Of a DNA stretch of 64,000 nt, positions 39,853 to 50,608 are shown piece by piece (positions within the stretch are counted from its first letter, which is position 1; the number at the start of each line of letters is the position of its first letter). Source of the stretch: an uncultured candidate division Zixibacteria bacterium (lineage in GTDB: Bacteria; Zixibacteria; MSB-5A5; GN15; FEB-12); NCBI GenBank assembly GCA_963735035.1, contig CAVTJJ010000004.1, positions 256,001 through 320,000 on the forward strand, read 5' to 3'. The notes below the pieces were generated by a model that made no database searches, was not told the origin of the DNA, and saw only the letters and a program-made list of their open reading frames with translations. A program made the position numbers and the translations under genes.

Positions 39853-41889
39853 TTGTACCATCGCGTATTGATCTTAGTGGCCGACGGCGCCCGTGACGAC
39901 CTCACCCGGCAACTGCTCGACAACGGTTTCCTGCCGAATATCAAGAAGCATATTGTCGACCGGGGCTGCTATCGCACCGCGCTGACCGTGTATCCGTCCA
40001 CCACCGGCCCGGCCCACATACCGTTCGTGTGCGGCATTCACCCCGGCACGGCCAATATCCCCGGCTATCGCTGGCTAGATCGATACCTGCACGACCAGAA
40101 ACGACGCTCGATCTATCGCCATCGCTCGCTAAACAGCCCGCGCGGCCTGATGGTTGGGCGAGATATGGACCATGACAAATCAATCTCGCTCTACGAATAC
40201 TACGACAACCCCAGTTCTGTGCTGGAACTGATCGATTACTGTCCCAATAAGCATCTATACAAGATCATTGCCCGGCGGCTTCTTAGGATCGTGCAGGCGC
40301 ACAAGAGCGACGATTGGTCGAAGGTCGACAACATGGTGGAATCGGTTGTCATCAAGCGGATTCGCGCCGACAGCCATTGTATTATAGGAAGTTTCTTTGG
40401 CATCGACGAATACTCACACCTCTACGACCCATTTCACGAAAAGACGGTCGCCGCCTATCGCAATATCGACCGAGCCATAGGCGAGATCGCCGAGGTGCTC
40501 ATAGATGAAGACGTTTACGACGAGACCGTTATTGCAATCGTGTCCGACCACGGCCTTAGCAGCACGACCGTGCACATTCCGCTGGTCGATATCGTTAAGC
40601 AGCACGGTTTCGATCCGCACTATTATCCTAAGCTGTATCGTCGGGGTCGCGATTCCGCCGTCTGCGAAAGCGGCAACGCCATGGCGCAGGTCTATTTCAA
40701 GCGCGGTGCAAAATGGGGCGGGCATTGGAATTGGGAAGAACTCCAACAGGATGGCCGTTGTCGCTCGCTGATTGACGACGTCGTAAGACGCGAGGGGGTG
40801 ACGTTTGTAGCGGCGCGCGACGGACAGGATGGAATCGTGTTCGCAGGGCCGGAAGGTCATCTGAAGGCGCGTCGTTCCGGCGATGTATATGATGTCACTC
40901 TTGACGGTGTCGATCCGCTCGGGGGTCATCCGGTGGGGCGTTTCACTAAGGACGAGCTTCTTCGATCAACCTACGATTTCACTTATCCCGATGCAGTCAA
41001 TCAACTGTTCATGCTTTTCTCCAGCCGGCGTTCCGGTGACATCGCAGTCAACGCCGAGCCGGGGTTCGATCTCAGGCTGCAATATGAAGATCCTGAGCAT
41101 CATGGCTCGCACGGTTCGTTGCACAAAGAGCACATGCACGTGCCGTTGATGATTTCGATTCCGCTGGTGAGCCGTCATGTCTCCAACTGCGACCTCGTGC
41201 CGACTTTGCTTTCGCTCATGGGCAAGGTGCCGCTACGACCGACCGACGGCCGAATTCTGAAGACCGAGGCTGAGCATCAAGTGCCAAAGGTCGAAGAGTC
41301 AGAGACAGCAAAGAAGAAGGGCAATCTACTACCGATTCTCCTCACGATCGGCATCATTGTACTCGGCCTTGTGCTGAGCATGATCTTTCAGAATGATGTC
41401 CAGCGCGCCGGTGAGTATCTGTTGACGACTTATGGCCAGGGTTGGGTTGACGGTATACTCCTGCTGCTTACTGCCGTCAGTAGCACACCGCTCGTCTTCC
41501 CGATCTGGCCGTATGTCATGATCGGTGTAGCTCTCGGGTATGGGATTTTCCATCTGGCGCTGGTGATGGCGCTGGGGTCGGCTACCGGTTCATTGGTAGA
41601 GTTCTACATGGGGAGATATTTTGGCGAGTCGGCCTGGTTCAAGAAACGGTTTCCTAACGTCCACAAACATCCGTGGACGCACGGCAAGTCGAAGAAATAT
41701 GTCACCTGGATGCTGTTCATCGGGACCGCCTCGCCGATTCCGTGCAATGTCTTCTACATCGCCTGCGGCGTCAAACGGTACTCGGCTATTTTGTTCTGGG
41801 TGACGATGGTAGCCGCGCGGCTGGTTCGGTATATCTATCTCGGTATCGGCTTCAGGTACTTCCCTGAGCTGCTGAAGAAGTTCATTTGA
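39853..41889 (+). CDS. Alkaline-phosphatase-superfamily (NPP-type) phosphodiesterase fused to a VTT/DedA membrane domain
   Basis: ADGAR, YPSTTGPAH, DEYSH, SDHG, HGSHGS; C-terminal TM helices with GSLVEFYMGRYFG, SPIP, ARLVRY. Confidence 0.8.
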   Translation: MYHRVLILVADGARDDLTRQLLDNGFLPNIKKHIVDRGCYRTALTVYPSTTGPAHIPFVCGIHPGTANIPGYRWLDRYLHDQKRRSIYRHRSLNSPRGLMVGRDMDHDKSISLYEYYDNPSSVLELIDYCPNKHLYKIIARRLLRIVQAHKSDDWSKVDNMVESVVIKRIRADSHCIIGSFFGIDEYSHLYDPFHEKTVAAYRNIDRAIGEIAEVLIDEDVYDETVIAIVSDHGLSSTTVHIPLVDIVKQHGFDPHYYPKLYRRGRDSAVCESGNAMAQVYFKRGAKWGGHWNWEELQQDGRCRSLIDDVVRREGVTFVAARDGQDGIVFAGPEGHLKARRSGDVYDVTLDGVDPLGGHPVGRFTKDELLRSTYDFTYPDAVNQLFMLFSSRRSGDIAVNAEPGFDLRLQYEDPEHHGSHGSLHKEHMHVPLMISIPLVSRHVSNCDLVPTLLSLMGKVPLRPTDGRILKTEAEHQVPKVEESETAKKKGNLLPILLTIGIIVLGLVLSMIFQNDVQRAGEYLLTTYGQGWVDGILLLLTAVSSTPLVFPIWPYVMIGVALGYGIFHLALVMALGSATGSLVEFYMGRYFGESAWFKKRFPNVHKHPWTHGKSKKYVTWMLFIGTASPIPCNVFYIACGVKRYSAILFWVTMVAARLVRYIYLGIGFRYFPELLKKFI

Positions 41890-41948
41890 TGTCGACTCTA
41901 CCTAACTGGCTGTAATACAATCGCATAAGTGATATTTCAGGATAACCC

Positions 41949-42009
41949 TTGACTATTCCGGGAACTTTCCGATATTATTAACTGTATAGTTAGTTAAACT
42001 GAATGGTTA
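41949..42009 (+). promoter_or_regulatory. sigma70 promoter with probable TetR operator pair
   Basis: TTGACT-N18-TATTAT; TAACTGTATAGTTA (41979-41992) and AAACTGAATGGTTA (41996-42009). Confidence 0.65.
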
Positions 42010-42012
42010 GTT

Positions 42013-42666
42013 ATGAAGAGCGACATGACCAAGACCCAAACCAAAGCTGGCACCCGCCCGGCTGACGAATCCTCTACACGGCAGAAGATTTTCGACGCTG
42101 CCCTCAATGAGTTCACCGTCTACGGCAAAGAAGGGGCGCGGATCGACCGGATCGCCAAATCGGCCGGAGTAAACAAGGCGATGATCTACTACCACTTCAG
42201 ATCGAAAGAGGAACTTCATAAAGAGGTGGTGGTTTCTCATTACCAGCGAGTGCGCGAGCGAATTGTTGCGGAGATCAGAAATGACATTTCAGTCGAGGAA
42301 GCTCTCAGGACTCTGGCGCGAATTCACGCCGAGACCGCGCTGCAAAATCCGCAGATGGTGCCGCTCCTGCTTCGTGAGTTGGCCGACCCGAAGGAGGAGA
42401 TCATCGAGGCCATCGCCGAAGTCTTGTCGGGGTCGGGCATTCCAAATCTGATGAGGTCACTAATGCAGCGAGAAGCGGAAACCGGTCAATTCCGCAAAGT
42501 CGATCCCCGTCAGGCGATGGTGGCATTTATCAGCATGAGTCTCGGCTACTATCTCCTATCGCCGATTGTCGATCGCATCATGGTTCACGATGATCGCACC
42601 CGGTTCCTAAATGAACGTCCGGCGGCGATCGTAGACATATTCCTAAACGGTCTTAGGACGAGATGA
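42013..42666 (+). CDS. TetR/AcrR family regulator
   Basis: IFDAALNEF..G..GARIDRIAKSAGVNKAMIYYHFRSKEEL. Confidence 0.93.
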   Translation: MKSDMTKTQTKAGTRPADESSTRQKIFDAALNEFTVYGKEGARIDRIAKSAGVNKAMIYYHFRSKEELHKEVVVSHYQRVRERIVAEIRNDISVEEALRTLARIHAETALQNPQMVPLLLRELADPKEEIIEAIAEVLSGSGIPNLMRSLMQREAETGQFRKVDPRQAMVAFISMSLGYYLLSPIVDRIMVHDDRTRFLNERPAAIVDIFLNGLRTR

Positions 42667-43967
42667 CTATGAAACAGGTAGTTCTGATTCTACTGATGTT
42701 GACGGCCGCAGGGGTGTCATCGCGTGACCTCTCCCTGGAGCAGGCACTTCAATTGGCACTAGAACATTCTCAGACGCTTAAGGCGGCCGACGAAGATCGT
42801 CTCTCAGCCGAGAGCATGGTGTCTGCGGCCCGGGCCGAGAGATTCCCGACCCTGTCCCTGGACGCGACTGCACGGTATGTCGATCAAGTGCCGGCCCTAT
42901 CCATTGATATCCCGCGAATCGTGCACATAGAACGGGAGATCGGCAGCCATGAGGCGTATCAGGCGGACTGGCGGCTGAGGATCCCGCTTTACACCGGTGG
43001 GCGAATAAGTTCCGCTGTGGCTATGGCCCGGTCGAGTCGTGACTACCAGATCGCCATGAATGATCTCCAGCGCGACCGCGTGTTGCTTCAGGCGCGAGTC
43101 GACTACTTCAATCTTTCACGCGCTATGGAATTGCGCCGTGCCTCCGAAGCGTCTTTGAAGCGCACAGAAGTAATTCAGTCAACCGTCCACTCCCTTTTCG
43201 AAGCGGGTGCGGCGGATTCGATTGATTTACTTGACGCGCGCCTGGCCCGCACGAAGTCGGATTTCGCGCTGCGCCAGGCTGAGATAAATGTAGAAAGCAA
43301 CCGCATCTACCTGCTCAGCTTCCTGGGCCTCTCGGCAACCGAGCAAGTCACATTGACTGATTCACTTCCCGATCCAGCGGCTGACCTAAATCACATCGCG
43401 CCGACCGGCGCACGTCCGGAGTTGACCGCCGCTGCGGCCGGGATCAAGATCGGCGAAGCCAAAGTTGGTACCGAACGCTCAGCGTATTTCCCCTCGCTAT
43501 CGGCTTATGGCGGCTATTCTTATGGCAAGCCGAATCTCGACCAGTTCAACAATACATGGAATCATTACTTCACAGTCGGCGCACAACTCCAATGGTCACT
43601 CAACCTTGGTGGTAAGACCGCTTCGAGGAAGAATGCCACCGTGCATGACCTCGACGCTGCCAAGCGCCACTATGACGACATCGCTGAATCGATTACACGC
43701 GAAACCGATCTGGCGTTCGAGCAACTCCGGCTGGCCCACACCAAGTATTTCAGTGCCCTCGATGAATGGCGGATCGCCGGGGCTGATTTCGAACTGGCTC
43801 GCCAGCAGCATCAGAACGGCGCGCTGACTTCAAATCGCCTGCTCGAAATCGAGGCGTCGCTTTCGCAGGCGGAAGCTTCGCTGGCCGCCGCCAAACTCGA
43901 TTTCTATGTCGCACAGAGCGCCTACTACTTTGCGGTCTCCGATGCCAATCTTGGAAAGGGATTATAG
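42663..43967 (+). CDS. TolC family outer-membrane efflux protein
   Basis: Signal peptide; LSLEQALQLAL, PTLSL, PLYTGG; twofold repeat. Confidence 0.9.
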   Translation: MTMKQVVLILLMLTAAGVSSRDLSLEQALQLALEHSQTLKAADEDRLSAESMVSAARAERFPTLSLDATARYVDQVPALSIDIPRIVHIEREIGSHEAYQADWRLRIPLYTGGRISSAVAMARSSRDYQIAMNDLQRDRVLLQARVDYFNLSRAMELRRASEASLKRTEVIQSTVHSLFEAGAADSIDLLDARLARTKSDFALRQAEINVESNRIYLLSFLGLSATEQVTLTDSLPDPAADLNHIAPTGARPELTAAAAGIKIGEAKVGTERSAYFPSLSAYGGYSYGKPNLDQFNNTWNHYFTVGAQLQWSLNLGGKTASRKNATVHDLDAAKRHYDDIAESITRETDLAFEQLRLAHTKYFSALDEWRIAGADFELARQQHQNGALTSNRLLEIEASLSQAEASLAAAKLDFYVAQSAYYFAVSDANLGKGL

Positions 43968-43968
43968 T

Positions 43969-44850
43969 ATGAAACGGCTGATGGCTATTCTGATACCCGG
44001 ACTGTTGACACTGGCCGGCTGTAACAAAGACGACGGTCTCCCCGGCGGGTCGGGGCTTATCGAAACCGAAGAGTCGATTGTCTCGGCGGAGACTTCCGGT
44101 CGGGTCGTGCAACATCGGTTCGACGAAGGCACCGAGCTGCAAATTGGCGATACGCTCGTTGTGATCGACCCGAGTAATCTTGAACTCGAATTGGCTTCGG
44201 CGCGTGCCGGGCTTGATGTCCTCCAGGCACAGTTGTCTTCCGCCCGCGTGCAAGTGCGACAGGCTACCGCCGCCGAAGATTTCGCGCGAACCGAATTCGA
44301 GCGGGTCGACAGACTCGTGAAATCCGGCACGGCCACCGACCGTCAGCACGACCAGGCCTCGTTCGAGCTAAAGAACGGTTCGTTGGCGCGTGAGACTGCC
44401 GAAGCGCAGGTCAAGACGTTCCAGGCGAATGTCACCAAGACCGAAAGCGATATCGCCCGCCTCGAACGTCGTTTGAAAGACTGCTATGCACTCGCCCCGG
44501 TGAGTGGAGTTGTGACCGAGAAGTTTGTCGAACCCGGTGAACTGTTATCTCCGGGGAAATCGATTGCTCGTATTTCCCGACTGGACACGGTCACAGTCAA
44601 AGTCTATCTCACAGCCGACCGGTTCGCCGGTGTCAAATTGGGCGATCCGGCCAAAGTGAGTACCGAAACCGGTGGCTGCAATTATCCCGGAACAGTGATT
44701 TGGACTTCGGACGAAGCCGAGTTCACACCCAAGAATGTCGAGACCGAAGAAGCGCGCGCCGATCTTGTCTACGCAGTCAAAGTCTCGATTCCGAATCCGG
44801 ACCGCACGCTAAAAGTGGGAATGCCGGTGTACGTCACGCTGGAGAAGTAA
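43969..44850 (+). CDS. HlyD family periplasmic adaptor lipoprotein
   Basis: Lipobox LAGC; APVSGVV, AEFTPKNVET, LKVGMP. Confidence 0.9.
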   Translation: MKRLMAILIPGLLTLAGCNKDDGLPGGSGLIETEESIVSAETSGRVVQHRFDEGTELQIGDTLVVIDPSNLELELASARAGLDVLQAQLSSARVQVRQATAAEDFARTEFERVDRLVKSGTATDRQHDQASFELKNGSLARETAEAQVKTFQANVTKTESDIARLERRLKDCYALAPVSGVVTEKFVEPGELLSPGKSIARISRLDTVTVKVYLTADRFAGVKLGDPAKVSTETGGCNYPGTVIWTSDEAEFTPKNVETEEARADLVYAVKVSIPNPDRTLKVGMPVYVTLEK

Positions 44851-45764
44851 TGTCATTCCTGGTCGCCGACAGCCTGGTCAAGAAGTACGGCGCGCTCACG
44901 GCGCTCGATCAGTTCTCGCTGAGTGTTGATGCGGGGACGATCTTCGCACTGGTCGGTCCCGACGGAGCCGGGAAGACGACCATGATCCGTATTCTCTGTC
45001 GCCTGCTCGATCCCGATTCAGGAAGCGTCACGATCGATGGTCGTAACATTGCCCGTGACTATGAATTGGTGAAACCGATTCTCGGTTACATGCCGCAGCA
45101 GTTTTCGCTTTATCCGGATTTGTCGATTGAGGAAAACCTGACTTTCTACGCCGGACTATATGGCATCACTGGCAAACGGTATCGCGACAAACGCGACAGT
45201 TTGTATGAATTTTCCAACCTGGGACCGTTCGCGTCGCGTCGTGCGGGCGCTTTGTCAGGTGGGATGAAACAGAAGCTGGCGCTCTCGTGCGCGCTGATTC
45301 ATGACCCGCGCCTGTTGATTCTCGACGAACCCACCACCGGAGTAGATCCGTTGTCACGCCGTCAGTTCTGGGAAACACTGCTTCAATTGAAATCCGAGGG
45401 TGTGACGATACTGGTTTCGACCCCGTACATGGACGAGGTCGCGCGGTGTGACCGGGCCGCGTTCATTCTGCATGGCCGCAAACTGGCCGAGGACAGCCCG
45501 ATGGGCCTGGCGGAGTCGTTTGCGGGTCGAATATACTACGTGGCGTCCAAACCGACTGTCGCGTTACTGGAGCAGATCAACCGGATTGACGGCATTTCGG
45601 CGGCCCGATTCGGCGCCGGACTGCATCTCTATCTCGGACAAAACGACTCGATTGACCGGCATCTTCAAGAACTGGGCGGACTCGGAATTCAGCCGAATCT
45701 GATTACACCGATCAAGGCCGATCTCGAAGACCGTTTCATTCAGCTAATGGAGAGTGGCGCATGA
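44850..45764 (+). CDS. ABC transporter ATP-binding protein
   Basis: GPDGAGKT, LSGGMKQK, LDEPTTGVD; TAATG overlap. Confidence 0.93.
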   Translation: MSFLVADSLVKKYGALTALDQFSLSVDAGTIFALVGPDGAGKTTMIRILCRLLDPDSGSVTIDGRNIARDYELVKPILGYMPQQFSLYPDLSIEENLTFYAGLYGITGKRYRDKRDSLYEFSNLGPFASRRAGALSGGMKQKLALSCALIHDPRLLILDEPTTGVDPLSRRQFWETLLQLKSEGVTILVSTPYMDEVARCDRAAFILHGRKLAEDSPMGLAESFAGRIYYVASKPTVALLEQINRIDGISAARFGAGLHLYLGQNDSIDRHLQELGGLGIQPNLITPIKADLEDRFIQLMESGA

Positions 45765-46522
45765 TTTACCCCGCCCAGGATACGCGCCACGCCGTGGAGA
45801 TACAGAATCTGAGCCGTCAGTTCGGCCAGTTTACGGCGGTCGACAAGATAACGCTCCAGGTCGAATACGGGGAGATATTCGGCTTTCTCGGAGCTAACGG
45901 TGCCGGCAAGACAACGGCTATCCGCATGCTGTGCGGCCTGCTCATGCCGAGCTCCGGCACGGGTCGAGTGGCAGAGTACGATATCTACCGTCAGCCGGAA
46001 CTGATCAAGCGAAGCATCGGCTATATGTCGCAGAAGTTCTCGCTGTACCGCGATCTGACAGGTCGCGAGAATCTCGCGTTCTACGGTGCGGCATACGGGC
46101 TGGGCAACAGTGAACTGAAGGCCCGCGTTGCCGAGCTGACCGAACGACTGGAGCTCGGTGAGTTTATCGACGAGTTGTCCGGCAAGCTCCCGGTCGGTTG
46201 GCGCCAGCGTTTGGCATTGGCCGCGGCGATTCTACACAAACCGCGCATCCTGTTTCTGGATGAGCCTACCGCTGGGGTCGATCCGGTCTTTAGGCGCCGT
46301 TTTTGGGGGCTGCTGTACGAGCTAGCTGATTCCGGGGTGTCGATCTTTGTCACGACCCACTACATGGACGAAGCCGAGTACTGCGGTCGTATCTCTATCA
46401 TGCACCGTGGGAAGATCATCGAGCAGGGGAGTCCTTTCGACCTAAAACAGAAACATGACACACACTCGCTAGAGGACCTCTTCATCGACCTGATTCGCGG
46501 TCAGGAGGTCGAGCGTGCATAG
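45761..46522 (+). CDS. ABC transporter ATP-binding protein
   Basis: GANGAGKT, LPVGWRQR, LDEPTAGVD, THYMDEAE. Confidence 0.93.
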   Translation: MIYPAQDTRHAVEIQNLSRQFGQFTAVDKITLQVEYGEIFGFLGANGAGKTTAIRMLCGLLMPSSGTGRVAEYDIYRQPELIKRSIGYMSQKFSLYRDLTGRENLAFYGAAYGLGNSELKARVAELTERLELGEFIDELSGKLPVGWRQRLALAAAILHKPRILFLDEPTAGVDPVFRRRFWGLLYELADSGVSIFVTTHYMDEAEYCGRISIMHRGKIIEQGSPFDLKQKHDTHSLEDLFIDLIRGQEVERA

Positions 46523-47621
46523 AATCAAGTTCATCGCGCAAAAAGAGCTGTATCACATCATGCGCGATTATCGCTCGCTCATAATCGTAATCGCCATGCC
46601 GATCATGATGATCTTCCTCTACGGCTATGCGATCAACATGGATATCGAGCACGTCACTCTGGCCGTAGTGGATTTTGACCACACGCTTGAGTCGCGGCAG
46701 TTTGCTCGTCAATTCTACGACTCACCGTATTTCAACGCCCCTAAAGAGGCGGTCGATCTGGCCGACCCCGAGCAGGTGCTTCGTTCAGGCCACGCCTCGG
46801 CGGTGCTCTATATACCGGTCGGATTCAGTGAAGCGCTGATGAGAGGTAAGAAATTCTACGTTGGCATGTCAGTCGACGGGACCGATGCGTCGCTCGCGTC
46901 GGCGGTACAGGCGTATTCCAATGGGGTGCTCTTCCAGTTCCTGAAAGATCGTCTCCCGCCAAAATACGAACTTCCGGGGGTGTCAATCTCCCAGCAGGTG
47001 CTCTATAATCCTGACCTGAAGTCATCGCATTTTCTGGTTCCCGGCCTGGTGGCGATGATTCTAATGATGATCTCGGCGCTGATGACTTCGATGACCATCG
47101 CCCGCGAAAAAGAGTCTGGCACGATGGAACAGCTCTTGACCACCCCGGTGAAGCCGAGCGAAGTGTTGATCGGCAAGCTGCTGCCGTATGTAGTGATCGC
47201 GTTTCTCGATGGTGTCCTGGTGCTCTTGTTTGCGCGGCTGGTGTTCGGGGTGCCGTTTGTCGGTTCACACACGCTGCTTCTGTTCTTCGGCTTGATCTAT
47301 GTAAGCACGGCGCTCTCACTGGGCATTCTGGTTTCGTCGCTTGTTAAGACGCTTCAGGAAGCCACCATGCTGGCGCAGATGCTGACGCTACTCCCGTCGG
47401 TGATGCTCTCCGGCCTCATCTTCGCGATCAAGAACATGCCGGTAGTTCTCCAGGCAATCAGCCACGTCGTGCCGGCCAGATACTTCGTAGTGATCATCCG
47501 GGGCATCATGCTCAAAGGCGCCGGGTTCGCCGTGCTGATGCCGCAGGCGGGAGCGCTCATCTTGCTCATGAGCGTGCTGATGTTCGTGGCGGCCAAGAAA
47601 TTCAAGACGCGGGTGGGATAA
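46515..47621 (+). CDS. ABC-2 permease (YbhS-like)
   Basis: YNPDL, VPGL, AREKESGTMEQL. Confidence 0.9.
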   Translation: MHRIKFIAQKELYHIMRDYRSLIIVIAMPIMMIFLYGYAINMDIEHVTLAVVDFDHTLESRQFARQFYDSPYFNAPKEAVDLADPEQVLRSGHASAVLYIPVGFSEALMRGKKFYVGMSVDGTDASLASAVQAYSNGVLFQFLKDRLPPKYELPGVSISQQVLYNPDLKSSHFLVPGLVAMILMMISALMTSMTIAREKESGTMEQLLTTPVKPSEVLIGKLLPYVVIAFLDGVLVLLFARLVFGVPFVGSHTLLLFFGLIYVSTALSLGILVSSLVKTLQEATMLAQMLTLLPSVMLSGLIFAIKNMPVVLQAISHVVPARYFVVIIRGIMLKGAGFAVLMPQAGALILLMSVLMFVAAKKFKTRVG

Positions 47622-47622
47622 T

Positions 47623-48735
47623 ATGTGGCGCGCTTATTTGGGACTCATCCGCAAGGAATTTATCCAAATCCGCCGGGATCGGAACATGGTTCGGATTATC
47701 TTCCTGATGCCGGTTCTGCAACTACTCTTGCTGGGTTACGCGGTCAATACCGATGTCAAGAAGATCAGCACGGACATTTACGATTTCGATCGCAGCCGCG
47801 AGTCGCGCGAGTTCGTGAGAGCTTTCGATGCGGGCGACTATTTTATTCCGTCTGACCGACTCGCAGTCGGCGATAACGCTCCCCTGTGGGAGCTTCAGGA
47901 CCGGTTCCGTAGAAACGAGACGCAACTGGCGATAGTAATTCCTGAGGATTTCTCGGAGAAGATCGCACAGAGAAAGAATGTCAGCATTGGGATACTCGCC
48001 GACGGTTCCGACGCCAACGCCGCCCGGGCCGGTCTTGGCTACACCGGGTTGATAGTCCGGCAGTACAGCCAGCGGGTGGCCGGGCTGGAATTGCCGTTGG
48101 AAATACGGCCGAACTTTCTCTATAACCCGGAATTGGAATCAGTGTACTACATGGTGCCGGGGATTGTATCGACGCTCCTGACCATGGTTACAATGATGCT
48201 CACCGCTATGGGCATTGTCCGCGAGCGGGAAATGGGCACGCTGGAACAGATCTCGGTCACTCCGATTCCGGGATATGTTCTTCTGCTTGGAAAGATAACT
48301 ACGTTTGGGCTGCTGGGGTTGCTGGAGATGGCCATTGCGTTGGCGATTGGCATTCTCTGGTTCGGAATTCCATTCGCTGGTTCGCCGCTCTTGCTGGTGG
48401 CACTTGCGGCGTTGTATCTGTTGACAACTCTTGGCCTCGGGACGTTCTTTTCCACGATTTCATCCACCCAGCAACAGGCGATGTTTGTCGCCTGGTTCTT
48501 CAGCGTATTCGCTATCCTGACTTCGGGTTTCTTCTCGCCGATCTCCAATATGCCGGTTTGGATGCAACGCGTGACTCTGATTAACCCGATGCGGTTCTTC
48601 ATGGAAATAGTTCGCAGTATCATGATGAAAGGTTCCGGTGCGGCCGATTTACTGCCGGAAATCGGGGCTATTGCCCTGTACGGGGTGGTGATCTTCACCC
48701 TGGCGGCCCTCCGGTTCAGGAAGCGGACGGCGTAA
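47623..48735 (+). CDS. ABC-2 permease (YbhR-like)
   Basis: YNPEL, VPGI, VREREMGTLEQ, PISNMP. Confidence 0.9.
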   Translation: MWRAYLGLIRKEFIQIRRDRNMVRIIFLMPVLQLLLLGYAVNTDVKKISTDIYDFDRSRESREFVRAFDAGDYFIPSDRLAVGDNAPLWELQDRFRRNETQLAIVIPEDFSEKIAQRKNVSIGILADGSDANAARAGLGYTGLIVRQYSQRVAGLELPLEIRPNFLYNPELESVYYMVPGIVSTLLTMVTMMLTAMGIVREREMGTLEQISVTPIPGYVLLLGKITTFGLLGLLEMAIALAIGILWFGIPFAGSPLLLVALAALYLLTTLGLGTFFSTISSTQQQAMFVAWFFSVFAILTSGFFSPISNMPVWMQRVTLINPMRFFMEIVRSIMMKGSGAADLLPEIGAIALYGVVIFTLAALRFRKRTA

Positions 48736-48812
48736 TCGGAGAGTGAAAGGAACTTATTTCGTTTTTCGGCATTACAATAGGTCGGTTAAAACTGTGAACA
48801 AGGACGACGACA

Positions 48813-49295
48813 ATGTCGGTACAAACGAAACTCGAAATCGGCGCCAAGGCGCCGGCATTTGCACTTCCCGATCAGTCCGAGAAGGAAGTTTCTCTCAAGG
48901 ATTTCAAAGGGCAATGGGTGGTGCTGTATTTCTATCCCAAAGATGATACTCCTGGCTGCACGGTTGAAGCGTGTGATTTTACTTCCGGGCTGAAAGCGTT
49001 CGAGAAGTTGAATGCGGTGGTTCTTGGAGTCAGCCCCGATTCCCCGGCGAGTCACCGGAAATTCATCACACACCATGATCTTGAAATCAGACTTCTCGCA
49101 GACGAAGAGCGTACCGTGATGAAAGATTACGGTGCCTGGGGTCTCAAGAATATGTACGGCAAAGAAGTCGAGGGAGTGATTCGCTCGACCTTTATCATAG
49201 ATCCGAAAGGGAAGATCGGCCACGCCTGGTACGGTGTGAAGGCCGACGGCCACGCCGAAAAGGTAAGAGAGAAGCTGGCTGAGTTGGCCGCGTAA
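48813..49295 (+). CDS. bcp: Thioredoxin-dependent peroxiredoxin Bcp/PrxQ
   Basis: YFYPKDDTPGCTVEACDF, RSTFIID. Confidence 0.93.
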   Translation: MSVQTKLEIGAKAPAFALPDQSEKEVSLKDFKGQWVVLYFYPKDDTPGCTVEACDFTSGLKAFEKLNAVVLGVSPDSPASHRKFITHHDLEIRLLADEERTVMKDYGAWGLKNMYGKEVEGVIRSTFIIDPKGKIGHAWYGVKADGHAEKVREKLAELAA

Positions 49296-49317
49296 TGTCG
49301 CTACAAGGCCTTGGGGC

Positions 49318-49494
49318 CTGTTGAAAAAGCCCGTCCAATCGTCATTGCGAGCGGAGGTGGCCCGCCGCCAGGCGGGACAGCGTAGCGCGGCAATCTCAAG
49401 CTCGTTTTGACAGCGTTATTTGAGATCGCCACGTCTCGCCTGCGAAGCGCAGTCGAGACTCGCGATGACGGGGAAGGGACTTTTTCGACACTCC
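49318..49494 (+). mobile_element. MITE-like palindromic element with GTTGAAAAAG/CTTTTTCGAC ends
   Basis: Core as at 32483; terminal inverted repeats. Confidence 0.7.
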
Positions 49495-49571
49495 CGTTGT
49501 ACCTGGTGCCCGGCCGATGCCCACATCGGCCGACTGACTGAGCCAACGTATACAATCGAGGATCCACCGCC

Positions 49572-50477
49572 ATGAGAATCCTGGTCTCCGGTTCGCACGG
49601 ACTTATCGGACGCGCGGTTGTCACCGCCCTGACACAAGCCGGGCATGATACAATCGCCCTTACCCGCGCGAAAGAACCTGCTTCGATAAGTAGCCCTGTG
49701 TGGGAGCCAATCCGTAACAAATCCTGGGAGAGCGACATCGGTACGATCGACGCCGTTGTGCATCTGGCCGGTGAAAATCTGGGGGCGCGACGGTGGACGC
49801 CTGATGTGAAGCGCCGACTTCGCGACAGTCGCACAGTAGGTACCGAACAGTTGTGCCGTCAGTTGGCGAGCTTGAAGTCACCGCCCAAAGTGCTCGTATC
49901 GGCATCGGCAGTGGGATATTACGGTGACCGTGGCGACATGGTGCTCACTGAAAGTGCGATGTGCGGCGAAGGCTTCTTGAGCGAATTGTGCCGTGAATGG
50001 GAGGCGGCCTGCAAACCGGCGGCGAAAGCGGGTATCAGGACTGTTTATCTCCGGTTTGGGATGGTGCTTTCGCGAAGCGGCGGGGCGCTGGCAAAATTGC
50101 TGCCCATGTTCAAAATTGGTCTCGGTGGTCGGCTCGGTTCGGGTCGGCAATGGATGAGTTGGATCGCGATCGATGACTTAGTGGCAGCGGTGTTATTCAG
50201 TGTCACTGACTCACGACTGCAGGGCCCGGTCAATATTGTTTCGCCTAACCCTGTGACCAATCGAGAGTTCACGAGCACGATGGGGAAGATTCTGCGGCGG
50301 CCCACGATATTCTCGGCGCCGGCGTGGGCCCTTCGTATCGGCCTGGGGGAGATGGCGGACGAAATGCTTTTGGCGTCGACCCGCGTGGAACCGAAGAAGC
50401 TACTTGAGAATGGTTACCAGTTCAGATACCCCGATTTGGAATCGGCCCTTCGGCACGTGATTATGAACGACAATTAA
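49572..50477 (+). CDS. TIGR01777 family (YfcH-like) NAD-binding oxidoreductase
   Basis: SGSHGLIG, HLAGE, SASAVGYYG, GSGRQWMSWI. Confidence 0.92.
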   Translation: MRILVSGSHGLIGRAVVTALTQAGHDTIALTRAKEPASISSPVWEPIRNKSWESDIGTIDAVVHLAGENLGARRWTPDVKRRLRDSRTVGTEQLCRQLASLKSPPKVLVSASAVGYYGDRGDMVLTESAMCGEGFLSELCREWEAACKPAAKAGIRTVYLRFGMVLSRSGGALAKLLPMFKIGLGGRLGSGRQWMSWIAIDDLVAAVLFSVTDSRLQGPVNIVSPNPVTNREFTSTMGKILRRPTIFSAPAWALRIGLGEMADEMLLASTRVEPKKLLENGYQFRYPDLESALRHVIMNDN

Positions 50478-50608
50478 CTTGATTCCGATGGGAATCGGTG
50501 CGTATAAGTAGGATATATGGATTGCGATGATGGTAGGAGTCGGTATAGGTATGCCGCCCGCCTGCCGATCTAATATGGATAGTATATGCTTTGTTCACGG
50601 AGGATAAT

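Noticed and set aside
42013..48735. TetR-TolC-HlyD-ABC operon as a novel system
   Set aside because: Ordinary YbhGFSR-like efflux architecture
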